Shown in pieces: positions 48,289 to 57,352 of a stretch of 64,000 nt of DNA. The notes under the pieces were generated by a model. The model was not told the origin of the DNA and did no database searches. It saw only the letters and a list, made by a program, of their open reading frames with translations. Location: the IMG/VR virus record IMGVR_UViG_3300030616_000506, positions 1 to 64,000 of that record; one strand, given 5' to 3'. A program made the translations under genes and the position numbers. The DNA is from a virus. Every line of letters starts with the position of its first letter. Position 1 is the first letter of the stretch.

Positions 48289-48831
48289 ATGGCATCTGAT
48301 AAGCAAAATTATCCCAATGCTGGTCATAAAGCATTTCCCTATTTTTTTACTACTGATGAAGATGATGTTAATCCCATAGAGGGATTTTGGTTAAAGGAGC
48401 CTTACTCTCCACCCTTTGTGGAGGATTATAAATATAACTATGATCTAGCTATATTCTATAATTCTTTAGCAGGAAATGATTTTGTTGATTGTAGATGTAG
48501 CAGATGGGATATTCAGAATTATAATGTTATAGTGGAGACATGGTTAAATTCTACAGACTTAAAGAGTATTAGAGATAATATAAGACCTGGAGCTGTAGGT
48601 GAACTATATAATATATTAGGAAGACCTCGATATTACGATAAAACCTGGAGAGGTAAAAATACTCTAAGGTTATTACCTACACCATCATCTGCTAGTATGA
48701 GAACTAGTAATCTAAAAAATATGAGAGATGAGACATTAATATATGTTAAAAATATAACCACTCATCCCATAAATGAAAATTGGACTGAAATAAAAATAGA
48801 GGGAATGATTAGCGGAACTAATAGTTTATAA
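48289..48831 (+). CDS. Distal-tail-like protein, paralogue 3
   Basis: C-terminal ~125 aa closely similar to 41559..41939. Confidence 0.5.
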   Translation: MASDKQNYPNAGHKAFPYFFTTDEDDVNPIEGFWLKEPYSPPFVEDYKYNYDLAIFYNSLAGNDFVDCRCSRWDIQNYNVIVETWLNSTDLKSIRDNIRPGAVGELYNILGRPRYYDKTWRGKNTLRLLPTPSSASMRTSNLKNMRDETLIYVKNITTHPINENWTEIKIEGMISGTNSL

Positions 48832-49003
48832 AAAAGTCGAGGACTACCAAAAAAAGGCTCAAATTTTGCTCGAGGATTGCCGGAAACGGCCCTCTCGCTG
48901 CAAAACGTTTTTCACGAATGGTAAAGGTCCAACCATATAAAAAAAGGGGTATTTTCCCTCCTGTTATAAGGAGAGAATTAAAGTGCCTCAGAATCGCTTA
49001 AAA
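48832..49003. terminator. Convergent intergenic region with hairpin and A/T tracts (bidirectional terminator candidate)
   Basis: Lies between opposing operons; TTCCCTCCT-GTTATA-AGGAGAGAA stem and A7 tracts. Confidence 0.45.
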
Positions 49004-49855
49004 TCAATCTTTATTTTTGGTGCTCATAGCACCCTTAATTTTAAGCCAATCTTTATTTTTTCTAATTTCTATATTCTTTTTCCATGATGCATCCAATACT
49101 TTTGGGTCTATGCCTAACTCTCTGGATTTATATATTAGTGATCTAAGATCCTTAGGAAAACATAATCCTCCAAAACCAAAGTCTCCATCATGTCCCGGAA
49201 CATCCATATGAGAATTACCTATTCTACCGTCAGCTAATAGCATTTTCTTTACCTCTTCAAAATCTATACCTAATTTTTGGCATATCTGATAATATTCGTT
49301 CATTAATGATACTTTAACTGAAAAGAAACAGTTGGCTGAATATTTAACCATTTCAGCTGTAGTTGGATCAGTCCAATATATAGGAGTATGGATAAATCTC
49401 TCTCTATAGAGTTTATCTACTTCACATAGATCATCTGGATCTCCCCCTATAATAATTCTAGAAGAATTTATAAAATCTAATTTTGATGTTCTTGCAGTTA
49501 AAAACTCTGGATTAAACACAATTCTTAAGTGAGGTATATTTTTTTTTATTCTCTCCGTAGTTCCAGGAGGAATAGTGGATTTTATTATAAGTATCTTTTT
49601 TGGAGTAATATATTCTCTACTTTTTTCTATTGTTTTTTCCAATATAGAAATATCACATTCTCCTGTATCAATATCAGATGGTGTAGGTACACATATAAAT
49701 ATAAAGTCACTATCCCTTATAGTCTCTTCAAATGTATTCTCAGATATAATAGGATCTATATCATATATTCTAAAATCAGCTATTTGAGCAAATCCATGTT
49801 GAATTGCTCTTCCGACCATTCCAAATCCTATAATTCCTATTATACATTTCTTCAT
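49004..49855 (-). CDS. UDP-glucose/GDP-mannose 6-dehydrogenase family (short viral type)
   Basis: GIIGFGMVG, FICVPTP, IKSTIPPG, FNPEFL and GFGGLCFPKD. Confidence 0.9.
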   Translation of the reverse strand: MKKCIIGIIGFGMVGRAIQHGFAQIADFRIYDIDPIISENTFEETIRDSDFIFICVPTPSDIDTGECDISILEKTIEKSREYITPKKILIIKSTIPPGTTERIKKNIPHLRIVFNPEFLTARTSKLDFINSSRIIIGGDPDDLCEVDKLYRERFIHTPIYWTDPTTAEMVKYSANCFFSVKVSLMNEYYQICQKLGIDFEEVKKMLLADGRIGNSHMDVPGHDGDFGFGGLCFPKDLRSLIYKSRELGIDPKVLDASWKKNIEIRKNKDWLKIKGAMSTKNKD

Positions 49856-50421
49856 ATCTTTTTCCTCATAACTACAAGTGTATTTCTTCTACCATATAGT
49901 TCTCTGGGTATCTTATTTTTTCCAATTGATTTTATTATATCAAAGTACTCTTCAAGTCCATATAGTGTATCTAAATTATGATAATAATCATGTATAAATA
50001 AAACTGATTTCTCATCCATATATTTGAGGGCTGCTAAAGCACAAGCTTTTCTAGATCTACCATCTATTAATATTGCATCAAATCTTTTCTCTCCAAATTT
50101 CTCTATATAATTTATGTAATTTTTATAAAATATATCATCACAATATGGATATTTATCTACCTTTTTAACTTTCGCTAGATTCATATATACATTATCATAA
50201 CGTTTAAATTTCTCTATCCTATCTTTAACTTGTAAGAAAAAGTCCTTGTCATGCTCTATACTATAGTATTTTTTTACAAATTTTGGAAAGTAGACTGTAC
50301 TACCACCTGCTCCCCACTCTAACATTATGCTATTCTTATCTAAATAAGATACAACACAAGAAATCTCTTTAAGTGTCATTAATGGAGTATCACCTAAATT
50401 TCCTTTTTTACTTATCTTCAT
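49852..50421 (-). CDS. SAM-dependent methyltransferase (glycan O-methyltransferase-like)
   Basis: MLEWGAGGST, SIEHD, ILIDGRSR and FIHDY. Confidence 0.75.
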   Translation of the reverse strand: MKISKKGNLGDTPLMTLKEISCVVSYLDKNSIMLEWGAGGSTVYFPKFVKKYYSIEHDKDFFLQVKDRIEKFKRYDNVYMNLAKVKKVDKYPYCDDIFYKNYINYIEKFGEKRFDAILIDGRSRKACALAALKYMDEKSVLFIHDYYHNLDTLYGLEEYFDIIKSIGKNKIPRELYGRRNTLVVMRKKI

Positions 50422-51373
50422 ATATAATCCTTGTTCCCTCATCCTCAAAGTTAAATGGTAATTCCTTAAGATCACTTAGGGCATATCTAACATCATTCTG
50501 TTTATCTGGTTCACAATAGAATAAAATAAAACCACCAGATCCAGCTCCACATATCTTTCCACCCTTAGCTCCAGATTTTATTCCTCTATTATAAATATCA
50601 TCTATTATATTATTACTAACCTTACCAGTACTCTTCTTTATTTTCCATACTTCATTAAGATAATAACCCATATCTTTTAGGTTATCTTTAATTATATCAT
50701 CATAAATGCACTTTGCTAACCAACATAGATCAGATACATCATTATATATGTCATCATATCTTTCTTTTTGGTCCTTCAATACACTTCCAGCACATCTCGT
50801 CATACCAGTATGAAATAATAACATATTATCCTGCATTTTATTATAGGTCTCTATATCAGTAAATACTGGAGATATCTTAACTCCTTTTCTATTAAATATC
50901 AACTTATTTAGACCTCCAAAGGTACATGCATATTGATCTTGTTTACCTATTGGTTCTCCCAATATTTCTATTTCAATCTTACATGCATCTTCAGCTAATT
51001 TGGATCTATTGAAGGTTATACCCTTATATGTATATAGTGCATTAAGTAATCCAACGGTAAACGCAGAACTTGATCCTAATCCACTTCCTCCTACTGTATC
51101 TGCTAGAGATACTATTTCAAGAGGTTCTTCTATATCAGCGTACTTAAGACATTCTCTAATTATAGGATGTTTGATATCATTTATATTACTTACAGTTTCT
51201 ACATCTCTATAAACTACTCTAAACTTATCTGAATGACTTTTGGTTATCATAACATATATATATTTATCTATTGTTGTTGATATCACAAATCCATCATTAT
51301 GTTTATAGTAATTCTCTAGGTCTGATAGACCTCCAGCGAGACTTAATCTATAAGGTGTCTTAGATATTATCAT
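50408..51373 (-). CDS. GHMP sugar kinase, HddA-like (heptose-7-phosphate kinase family)
   Basis: SKTPYRLSLAGG.SD, GSGLGSSS, GKQDQY and GGKICGAGSGG. Confidence 0.88.
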   Translation of the reverse strand: MIISKTPYRLSLAGGLSDLENYYKHNDGFVISTTIDKYIYVMITKSHSDKFRVVYRDVETVSNINDIKHPIIRECLKYADIEEPLEIVSLADTVGGSGLGSSSAFTVGLLNALYTYKGITFNRSKLAEDACKIEIEILGEPIGKQDQYACTFGGLNKLIFNRKGVKISPVFTDIETYNKMQDNMLLFHTGMTRCAGSVLKDQKERYDDIYNDVSDLCWLAKCIYDDIIKDNLKDMGYYLNEVWKIKKSTGKVSNNIIDDIYNRGIKSGAKGGKICGAGSGGFILFYCEPDKQNDVRYALSDLKELPFNFEDEGTRIIYEDK

Positions 51374-52238
51374 TCTTCATCAAATATTCAACAGTTCTAT
51401 TTACAGCTTCTTGTGTTGTATAATTAGGTTTCCATCTAGTTTCTAATAACTTTCTATTATCCAATATAGTTATAGGTACATCTCCCTTCCAACCTCTATC
51501 TCCTCCAGTAAATATTAATTTTGTTTCATCATCAGTTACTATTTCTGATATGTATCTAGCTAAATTTTTAATTTTTACTGTATCTGATGCAGCTAAGTTA
51601 TATATATTAAAATTACTATCACTATGGGGTAAATTACAAAATGCATCTATACAATCCTCTACATCTAGAAATTGTTTAGTTTGGTTACCGTCTCCTAAAA
51701 CTTCTAACTCTTTAGGATTTTCCTTTAATTTTTTAACAAAGTCTTTAATAACTCCATGTGTATTACTAGGACCTATTATATTTCCTAACCTAAATATGTA
51801 GGACTTTATATCAAAACAATGACTATAAGCTGATATAAGTTTCTCACAAGCTAACTTGCTTGCTCCATACATAGAAATAGGTTCTAAATTAGGTGCATCT
51901 TCTTTTGTAGGGATATCTACCCTTTCTCCATATATAGTAGCACTAGAAGTAAATACTAATTTCTTACAACCGTTACTTACCATAAATTCTAATACAGAAT
52001 GAGTTCCTATTATATTATAACTTAAATCTATAGATCTATTTTCTACTCCACCTCTTACATCTGCATTTGCAGCTAAATGATATATAATATCATATTTCTT
52101 ATCTGGATAATCTCTTGGTATATTTATATTCTTATCTATCTTTAGATCTATAATATCAACTTCATGTCCTTCTGATGTAAGTCTATCAACTAGATGACTT
52201 CCTATGAATCCCTTTCCTCCTGTAACTAATATATTCAT
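51360..52238 (-). CDS. NAD-dependent sugar epimerase/dehydratase (extended SDR)
   Basis: LVTGGKGFIGSH, HLAA, YGASK and GWKGDV. Confidence 0.92.
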   Translation of the reverse strand: MNILVTGGKGFIGSHLVDRLTSEGHEVDIIDLKIDKNINIPRDYPDKKYDIIYHLAANADVRGGVENRSIDLSYNIIGTHSVLEFMVSNGCKKLVFTSSATIYGERVDIPTKEDAPNLEPISMYGASKLACEKLISAYSHCFDIKSYIFRLGNIIGPSNTHGVIKDFVKKLKENPKELEVLGDGNQTKQFLDVEDCIDAFCNLPHSDSNFNIYNLAASDTVKIKNLARYISEIVTDDETKLIFTGGDRGWKGDVPITILDNRKLLETRWKPNYTTQEAVNRTVEYLMKNDNI

Positions 52239-53098
52239 ATTTTTCTCCATATTCTAGGTATACCATGTATCTCTTCTTTATCCTTTAATTCAACCTTAAG
52301 ATGTAATTCAAAACCATATTTAGGTAATAATTTCTCTATATTTAAGTTGTGTGCAGAATATTTCCAATTTTTACCATGATCTCTTATATAAAGTATACCG
52401 TCTTTCCTTATAACATCCCTAAATACATCCAGCATATAGTATACTAGATCTTCATTTATCTCTTGTAAAACTTGAACACAAAGTATTTTATCAAAGTAAT
52501 TCTTAGGTAAGATATCAGCTCTCCAAGTAGGTATATGGTATATTCCAGGATCATATATTTTTAATTTATTATTATCTAAATATTCTACTAATCGATGCTT
52601 TGATTTAGAATAGTATAGATTCTGCATACAATAAGACTGTAGTATAGCATCCATACCAACATATACTAGATCATCCTTAAATTGTGATAGTAAATTGATT
52701 TGTCTTCCATATCCTGGTCCGAAATCTAGAATTTTATTACCCTTATATAAATAAGTATATAAATAATCTTCTGCATTATATCTCCCTATAGTAGAATAAT
52801 ATTTATCAAAGTCTTTAATTTTTACAATAGCATCATCATAGAAATAACTAGAATTAATATAGGGTTCTATATAATCATCATCAATATTGTCTTTAAATTC
52901 ACTTTTAGATATCCAATCCATCCATTTATTTATATCCTTAATCCCTTCATAAGTATCAAAGGTTGATGGATAATTATCTGGATATTTAACATGTTCTATT
53001 CTCTCTTCTTGATAATCCCAAGATATCATCCAAGGTTTAATATATTTCTTATCTTCTTTAATTACTTCTCGAAATCTTCTTTCAATCTTAGTATGCAT
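52235..53098 (-). CDS. SAM-dependent (sugar O-)methyltransferase
   Basis: ILDFGPGYGR motif I; LQEI...G.LYIRD. Confidence 0.7.
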   Translation of the reverse strand: MHTKIERRFREVIKEDKKYIKPWMISWDYQEERIEHVKYPDNYPSTFDTYEGIKDINKWMDWISKSEFKDNIDDDYIEPYINSSYFYDDAIVKIKDFDKYYSTIGRYNAEDYLYTYLYKGNKILDFGPGYGRQINLLSQFKDDLVYVGMDAILQSYCMQNLYYSKSKHRLVEYLDNNKLKIYDPGIYHIPTWRADILPKNYFDKILCVQVLQEINEDLVYYMLDVFRDVIRKDGILYIRDHGKNWKYSAHNLNIEKLLPKYGFELHLKVELKDKEEIHGIPRIWRKI

Positions 53099-53868
53099 TT
53101 TTTAATATCCCATTGATATTTAATATCTGACAAATCTACATCTCTATTTACAATCAAAGGAATTTCATCAATTTGATCATTTGTAAATGGTAAATCAGTT
53201 AATGTTCCATGATCAGAAGTTATTAATATAGTTTGATATCCAGATAACTCTTCTATATATTTAATTACCTCTCGATATCTTCTAACTCCCCATAGATAAA
53301 CTTCTTTCTTTAGAGCTTTATCTTTTCTTATTTCATCGTAAGTCTTTAATGAAGGTAATCTACCTAATTCATATGGGCCAGGAAACATAACTGCTCCCTT
53401 AACTATAGATGAATGTATCCAGAATAAGTCATAGTCATCTCTTGCAGCTTCAGCAAATATACAAAGCTCTTCACAAGGTACTCTCTTAACACCTTTATCT
53501 TCTAGACTATGATAAAATTTCCATACTTGTTCACCAGAATATGGAGAATCTCCTACAACTTTCTCAAAGAATTTTGACTTATCAAAGTGATCCCAGACTA
53601 AATCTAATTTATTACCAAATCTATCTTCCCAAATGAAGGATTCGGTTTTATATTTATCTGTAAATCTAGTAAAGAAATCTGGATGTAGATTCTTAATTCT
53701 CTCTCCACTCCATAAACAAGTTAGTCCTATAGGAGTAGCTGATACTCCCTGCATCGAGAATGGTCTAACATCGCATCTTATCATCCTCATGGATTGCTCT
53801 TTAAATATATCTTTATATAAATCTTTTGCATATTTCCAGTTTAATCCATCAATACTAATTATTATCAT
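53062..53868 (-). CDS. Alkaline-phosphatase/sulfatase superfamily protein
   Basis: IIISIDGL, putative nucleophile in SATP, and ILITSDHG. Confidence 0.7.
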   Translation of the reverse strand: MIIISIDGLNWKYAKDLYKDIFKEQSMRMIRCDVRPFSMQGVSATPIGLTCLWSGERIKNLHPDFFTRFTDKYKTESFIWEDRFGNKLDLVWDHFDKSKFFEKVVGDSPYSGEQVWKFYHSLEDKGVKRVPCEELCIFAEAARDDYDLFWIHSSIVKGAVMFPGPYELGRLPSLKTYDEIRKDKALKKEVYLWGVRRYREVIKYIEELSGYQTILITSDHGTLTDLPFTNDQIDEIPLIVNRDVDLSDIKYQWDIKKCILRLKEDFEK

Positions 53869-55151
53869 TATATTAATTCAACTATCTCTTTAATTGTACA
53901 ACATTTATTATTTACATCAAAACTTCTCTTATTTATTAATATAGATTCTGCCACTATTTTCATACTTAAATAACTAGCTCTTAACAAATGATTTGCATAT
54001 ATTACTATTGATGCTCCTAATTTTTGTAAATCTTCTTCATACATATGATTATATGTACTTGGAACTAATACTAGTGGAACTCTATTTTTAATATTTTTAT
54101 ATTTATTACAAAATTCTATTAATTCTGTTGGTATATGGTTTTTACTATGTATCATAATAGCATCTGCACCAGCTGATATATAAGCTTTTGCTCTGATTAA
54201 AGCATCTTCAACTCCTTTATTAGCAATTAATGATTCTATTCTAGCTATTATCATAAAATCTTCTGTTAATTTGGAATTAATACCCAATTTAATTTTTTCA
54301 CAGAAATTCTCTACAGATTCTTGAGAGTGAGTAGTATTATCTAACAATGAATTTTTTTTAGGATATTTTTTATCTTCTATTATTATAGCAGAGACTCCTA
54401 TTCTTTCTAGTGTTTTTACCATAGATACAAAATTCTCTTTTGTTCCTCCAGTATCACCATCTACTATTATAGGCTTAGTGGTTACTTCTATTATTTCATT
54501 TACTCTCTGAAGTCTAGATGTGAAGTCTACTATTTCTATATCAGGTTTTCCTTTAGATGCAGAATCAGTTAAACTACTTTCCCATATTGCATCAAACTCT
54601 AGTATATTATTATCATTTTCTATTTTAGTCTTTTCTACTATAATACCTGATAGTCCATTATGAGATTCTAGTACTCTAACTAATGGCTTATACTTTAATA
54701 GGTTCTTTAGAGCTTTTCTTCTCTCATTTGGAGTTATACCATTTTTTAATTTGTTATTTATTAATTTAGTGGAGGATATCCCCTCAGTATAAGATGGCTC
54801 TATTAATTCTCCACCCCATTCACTAATAATATCTATAACATTCTGTCTTATCTCTGACTGTATTCCCTTCTTCCAATCATCACCATGCACTACATAATCT
54901 GGTTTATATTTAATGAGGTTATCTGTATAATCTAATGTATATTGAGGTACTACTCTAGTAACTCCATTTATATTACTAATAACTTTTTTTCTTTGTTCGT
55001 ATGAAGTTATTGGAACTCTTTTATATGAAGCTATAGCTTGATCTGTTAATAGACCTACTATTACATCTCCATAATCTCTAGCTTTATCAATTAGATTAAT
55101 ATGACCTACATGCAGGTAATCTGCTGACATTCCAACATATACTGTCTTCAT
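53868..55151 (-). CDS. pepM: Cytidylyltransferase-phosphoenolpyruvate mutase fusion
   Basis: N-terminal D.LHVGH and VVHGDDW cytidylyltransferase; PepM signature EDKxxxxxNS (EDKKYPKKNS); DGDTGG and IARIESLI. Confidence 0.93.
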   Translation of the reverse strand: MKTVYVGMSADYLHVGHINLIDKARDYGDVIVGLLTDQAIASYKRVPITSYEQRKKVISNINGVTRVVPQYTLDYTDNLIKYKPDYVVHGDDWKKGIQSEIRQNVIDIISEWGGELIEPSYTEGISSTKLINNKLKNGITPNERRKALKNLLKYKPLVRVLESHNGLSGIIVEKTKIENDNNILEFDAIWESSLTDSASKGKPDIEIVDFTSRLQRVNEIIEVTTKPIIVDGDTGGTKENFVSMVKTLERIGVSAIIIEDKKYPKKNSLLDNTTHSQESVENFCEKIKLGINSKLTEDFMIIARIESLIANKGVEDALIRAKAYISAGADAIMIHSKNHIPTELIEFCNKYKNIKNRVPLVLVPSTYNHMYEEDLQKLGASIVIYANHLLRASYLSMKIVAESILINKRSFDVNNKCCTIKEIVELI

Positions 55152-55771
55152 AATAACTCTCTTACTTTTTTATATTCAGTAGCTAGATTTAATATATGAG
55201 CTAATGCTACACCATGAGGTATATCATATTTAGCAGTTAGTGCATATGACATACCATGTATTATATTAGTTCCAGTATAATCTATAGCATTACCAGCTAA
55301 TATACTAGCATATAACCAATCATCATTTCTTATAGATTCTATAGCTTCTAAACAAATTGTAGCTATATGAGGTTTACATTTCTTAGATGTAAATGATTCT
55401 ATAATATGACATAGACAATCTATCTTACTAGCTATTTCTATCTCTTTTGGTAGATGCTCTAAATATTCATATTTTAATTTAGTTAGTGGTAACTTACAAT
55501 CTATGTTATGTTTCTTTCCTTCATGCCAATATACTGCGTGTCTCGTTCCAGATGCACCTGAGTATGTAGTAGGTATTGCTATTATTTGATATCTACATAA
55601 AATCTTAGCAGTATCTATCACAGAACCCCCTCCAATAGCTATGACCTCATCATATAGATTTCTCTTCTGGACTATTCTTATATCTGGTGGATGCTCTACT
55701 ATATATATTTTATCATATTTCCAATCATCTGCATATTTCCTAGTTGAAGGGCTTACAACCATTAATCTCAT
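55148..55771 (-). CDS. Iron-containing alcohol dehydrogenase, short (phosphonoacetaldehyde reductase candidate)
   Basis: AIGGGSVIDTAK, IPTT, D.LCH..ES and HGMSYALT...IPHG. Confidence 0.8.
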   Translation of the reverse strand: MRLMVVSPSTRKYADDWKYDKIYIVEHPPDIRIVQKRNLYDEVIAIGGGSVIDTAKILCRYQIIAIPTTYSGASGTRHAVYWHEGKKHNIDCKLPLTKLKYEYLEHLPKEIEIASKIDCLCHIIESFTSKKCKPHIATICLEAIESIRNDDWLYASILAGNAIDYTGTNIIHGMSYALTAKYDIPHGVALAHILNLATEYKKVRELL

Positions 55772-56249
55772 TATAAAACCTCTCAGTTATATCTTTATGT
55801 TTCATATCTATTCTAGGTGGTATATCTTTATCATCTTTCTTTATTTTTATTACACTACAGTTACATAGGTCAGTAAAATTAATAGCATCACTACAAGTTT
55901 TCTGTCCACCTGTACTTTGATATTGATTATTATCTAATATACATAATGTAAGATTTGGTAAATCTAACTTATTCATTAATGTTAATGTACCTAAACTCAT
56001 TAATACCTCTCCATCACCAGCTATTACTAATACTTCTCTATTGGTATGTAGAGCTAATCCTATTCCAAATCCCAATGCAGATCCCATGGAACCCATCATA
56101 TAGAAGTTAGCTGGTCTGTCACATACTCTATATAATTCTCTACTTATCATTCCTGCAGATGAAACTACCAGTTCATCATCAAATCTTTTTGATAAAAGTT
56201 CTACGATTTCTCTTCTTGATTTTAATGAATTTGTAATTATCATATTCAA
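55740..56249 (-). CDS. Phosphonopyruvate decarboxylase beta subunit (TPP-binding, ComE-like)
   Basis: NFYMMGSMG and GDGE...LDN TPP motif; STGGQ. Start may be 56243. Confidence 0.85.
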   Translation of the reverse strand: MNMIITNSLKSRREIVELLSKRFDDELVVSSAGMISRELYRVCDRPANFYMMGSMGSALGFGIGLALHTNREVLVIAGDGEVLMSLGTLTLMNKLDLPNLTLCILDNNQYQSTGGQKTCSDAINFTDLCNCSVIKIKKDDKDIPPRIDMKHKDITERFYNEINGCKPFN

Positions 56250-56544
56250 GTAATTCTAATAAATATTTGGATATCTTATACATAAACTTATGATGTGCAG
56301 GATCTTTCCTCAAACTTATAATCAAGTGAGGTAGTGGTATATTATAAGGCTTATATAGACTAGTTACTATATCTACTATATTACCTATTCCACTATTTTG
56401 CATATACACTTCTGGTTTCTTACCTGCAAACCATGCTCCAGCTGCGATAGCCATAGCTTCTCCTTCACTAGTGCATGGTACATCTACATCTTTAATAAAT
56501 TCCTTTAATTTAGAGCAAGGAATTCCATACTTAATCTTCTTCAT
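56179..56544 (-). CDS. Phosphonopyruvate decarboxylase alpha subunit (ComD-like)
   Basis: GIPCS.LK, EGEAMAIAAG and YMQNSGIGN. Confidence 0.85.
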   Translation of the reverse strand: MKKIKYGIPCSKLKEFIKDVDVPCTSEGEAMAIAAGAWFAGKKPEVYMQNSGIGNIVDIVTSLYKPYNIPLPHLIISLRKDPAHHKFMYKISKYLLELLEYDNYKFIKIKKRNRRTFIKKI

Positions 56545-56695
56545 CTTTATATGGAGACGGCACTCTAATTATTTCATCTCCCTTATATCCACAATGTGAG
56601 CATCTCCAGAACCAAATTAGAAAATTATCTTTTTCTATATTGCCCCATTCTAGACCACTCTTACATCTTGGACAAATATATTCTTCACCAGCCAT
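56531..56695 (-). CDS. 54-aa zinc-ribbon protein (not in ORF track)
   Basis: MAGEEYICPRCKSG...WRCSHCGYKG; overlaps both neighbours. Confidence 0.6.
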   Translation of the reverse strand: MAGEEYICPRCKSGLEWGNIEKDNFLIWFWRCSHCGYKGDEIIRVPSPYKDEED

Positions 56696-57320
56696 AAAAT
56701 TTCTCTGGGTTTGCTTTAGCTATTCTATACATTCTTTCATATCCTAGATGTGGGGATTGATTCTTTCTGTTTGGGAATGGAATTCCTTCTATAATAGGTT
56801 TATCTAAGAATTTACACAATATTTTCCATGTATCTTTTGACCCAGGTTTATAATTATTCCATTCTATTTCCAAGAAATCTTCCCTATCTTTAAAATATTC
56901 CTTTACATTCTTATTATGATTTCTATACAATTCCAACATATCTTCTTTGTGTGTAGCTAAATATTTAAATCCGTATTCTTCATAATTTCTTTTATCTACT
57001 TTTGCTCGTCTTTCTATTGTCTTGGACCTCATGTTTTGATATAGGATATCAATTATCCATTCTTCCTCTGGACGCTCTACAAATACGAATTTTGAATTTG
57101 GATATTTTTTATCAAATTCTTTGTAAATATACGGCCATGGATAATCTTCAAATGCATCATAATTATTTGCTACTTTCCATAATTCTTCATAATTACCTTC
57201 ATTCCAATCTATTACTAATTTTCCTACATTTTCTATGACTCTATATCCAAGAATTTGTAGAGCTGTACCAAATGCTGAAGTTCCAGTTTTACCCATTCCT
57301 ACATATAATACTTTTTCTAT
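56685..57320 (-). CDS. Sulfotransferase-family protein; probable ATA start
   Basis: KVLYVGMGKTGTS PAPS-loop, D.PW, YPNSKF...R and W..LC.FL. Confidence 0.8.
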   Translation of the reverse strand: MEKVLYVGMGKTGTSAFGTALQILGYRVIENVGKLVIDWNEGNYEELWKVANNYDAFEDYPWPYIYKEFDKKYPNSKFVFVERPEEEWIIDILYQNMRSKTIERRAKVDKRNYEEYGFKYLATHKEDMLELYRNHNKNVKEYFKDREDFLEIEWNNYKPGSKDTWKILCKFLDKPIIEGIPFPNRKNQSPHLGYERMYRIAKANPEKFYGW

Positions 57321-57352
57321 ATTATCACCTCACATCCTTTTACTGTTGGATA

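Noticed and set aside
41155-48831. Diversity-generating retroelement acting on fibre genes
   Set aside because: No reverse transcriptase in the window and no repeat pair with adenine-specific mismatches seen.
55740-56544. Sulfopyruvate decarboxylase ComDE for coenzyme M synthesis
   Set aside because: The split architecture fits, but adjacency to PepM and Fe-ADH and the absence of comABC favour phosphonopyruvate decarboxylase.
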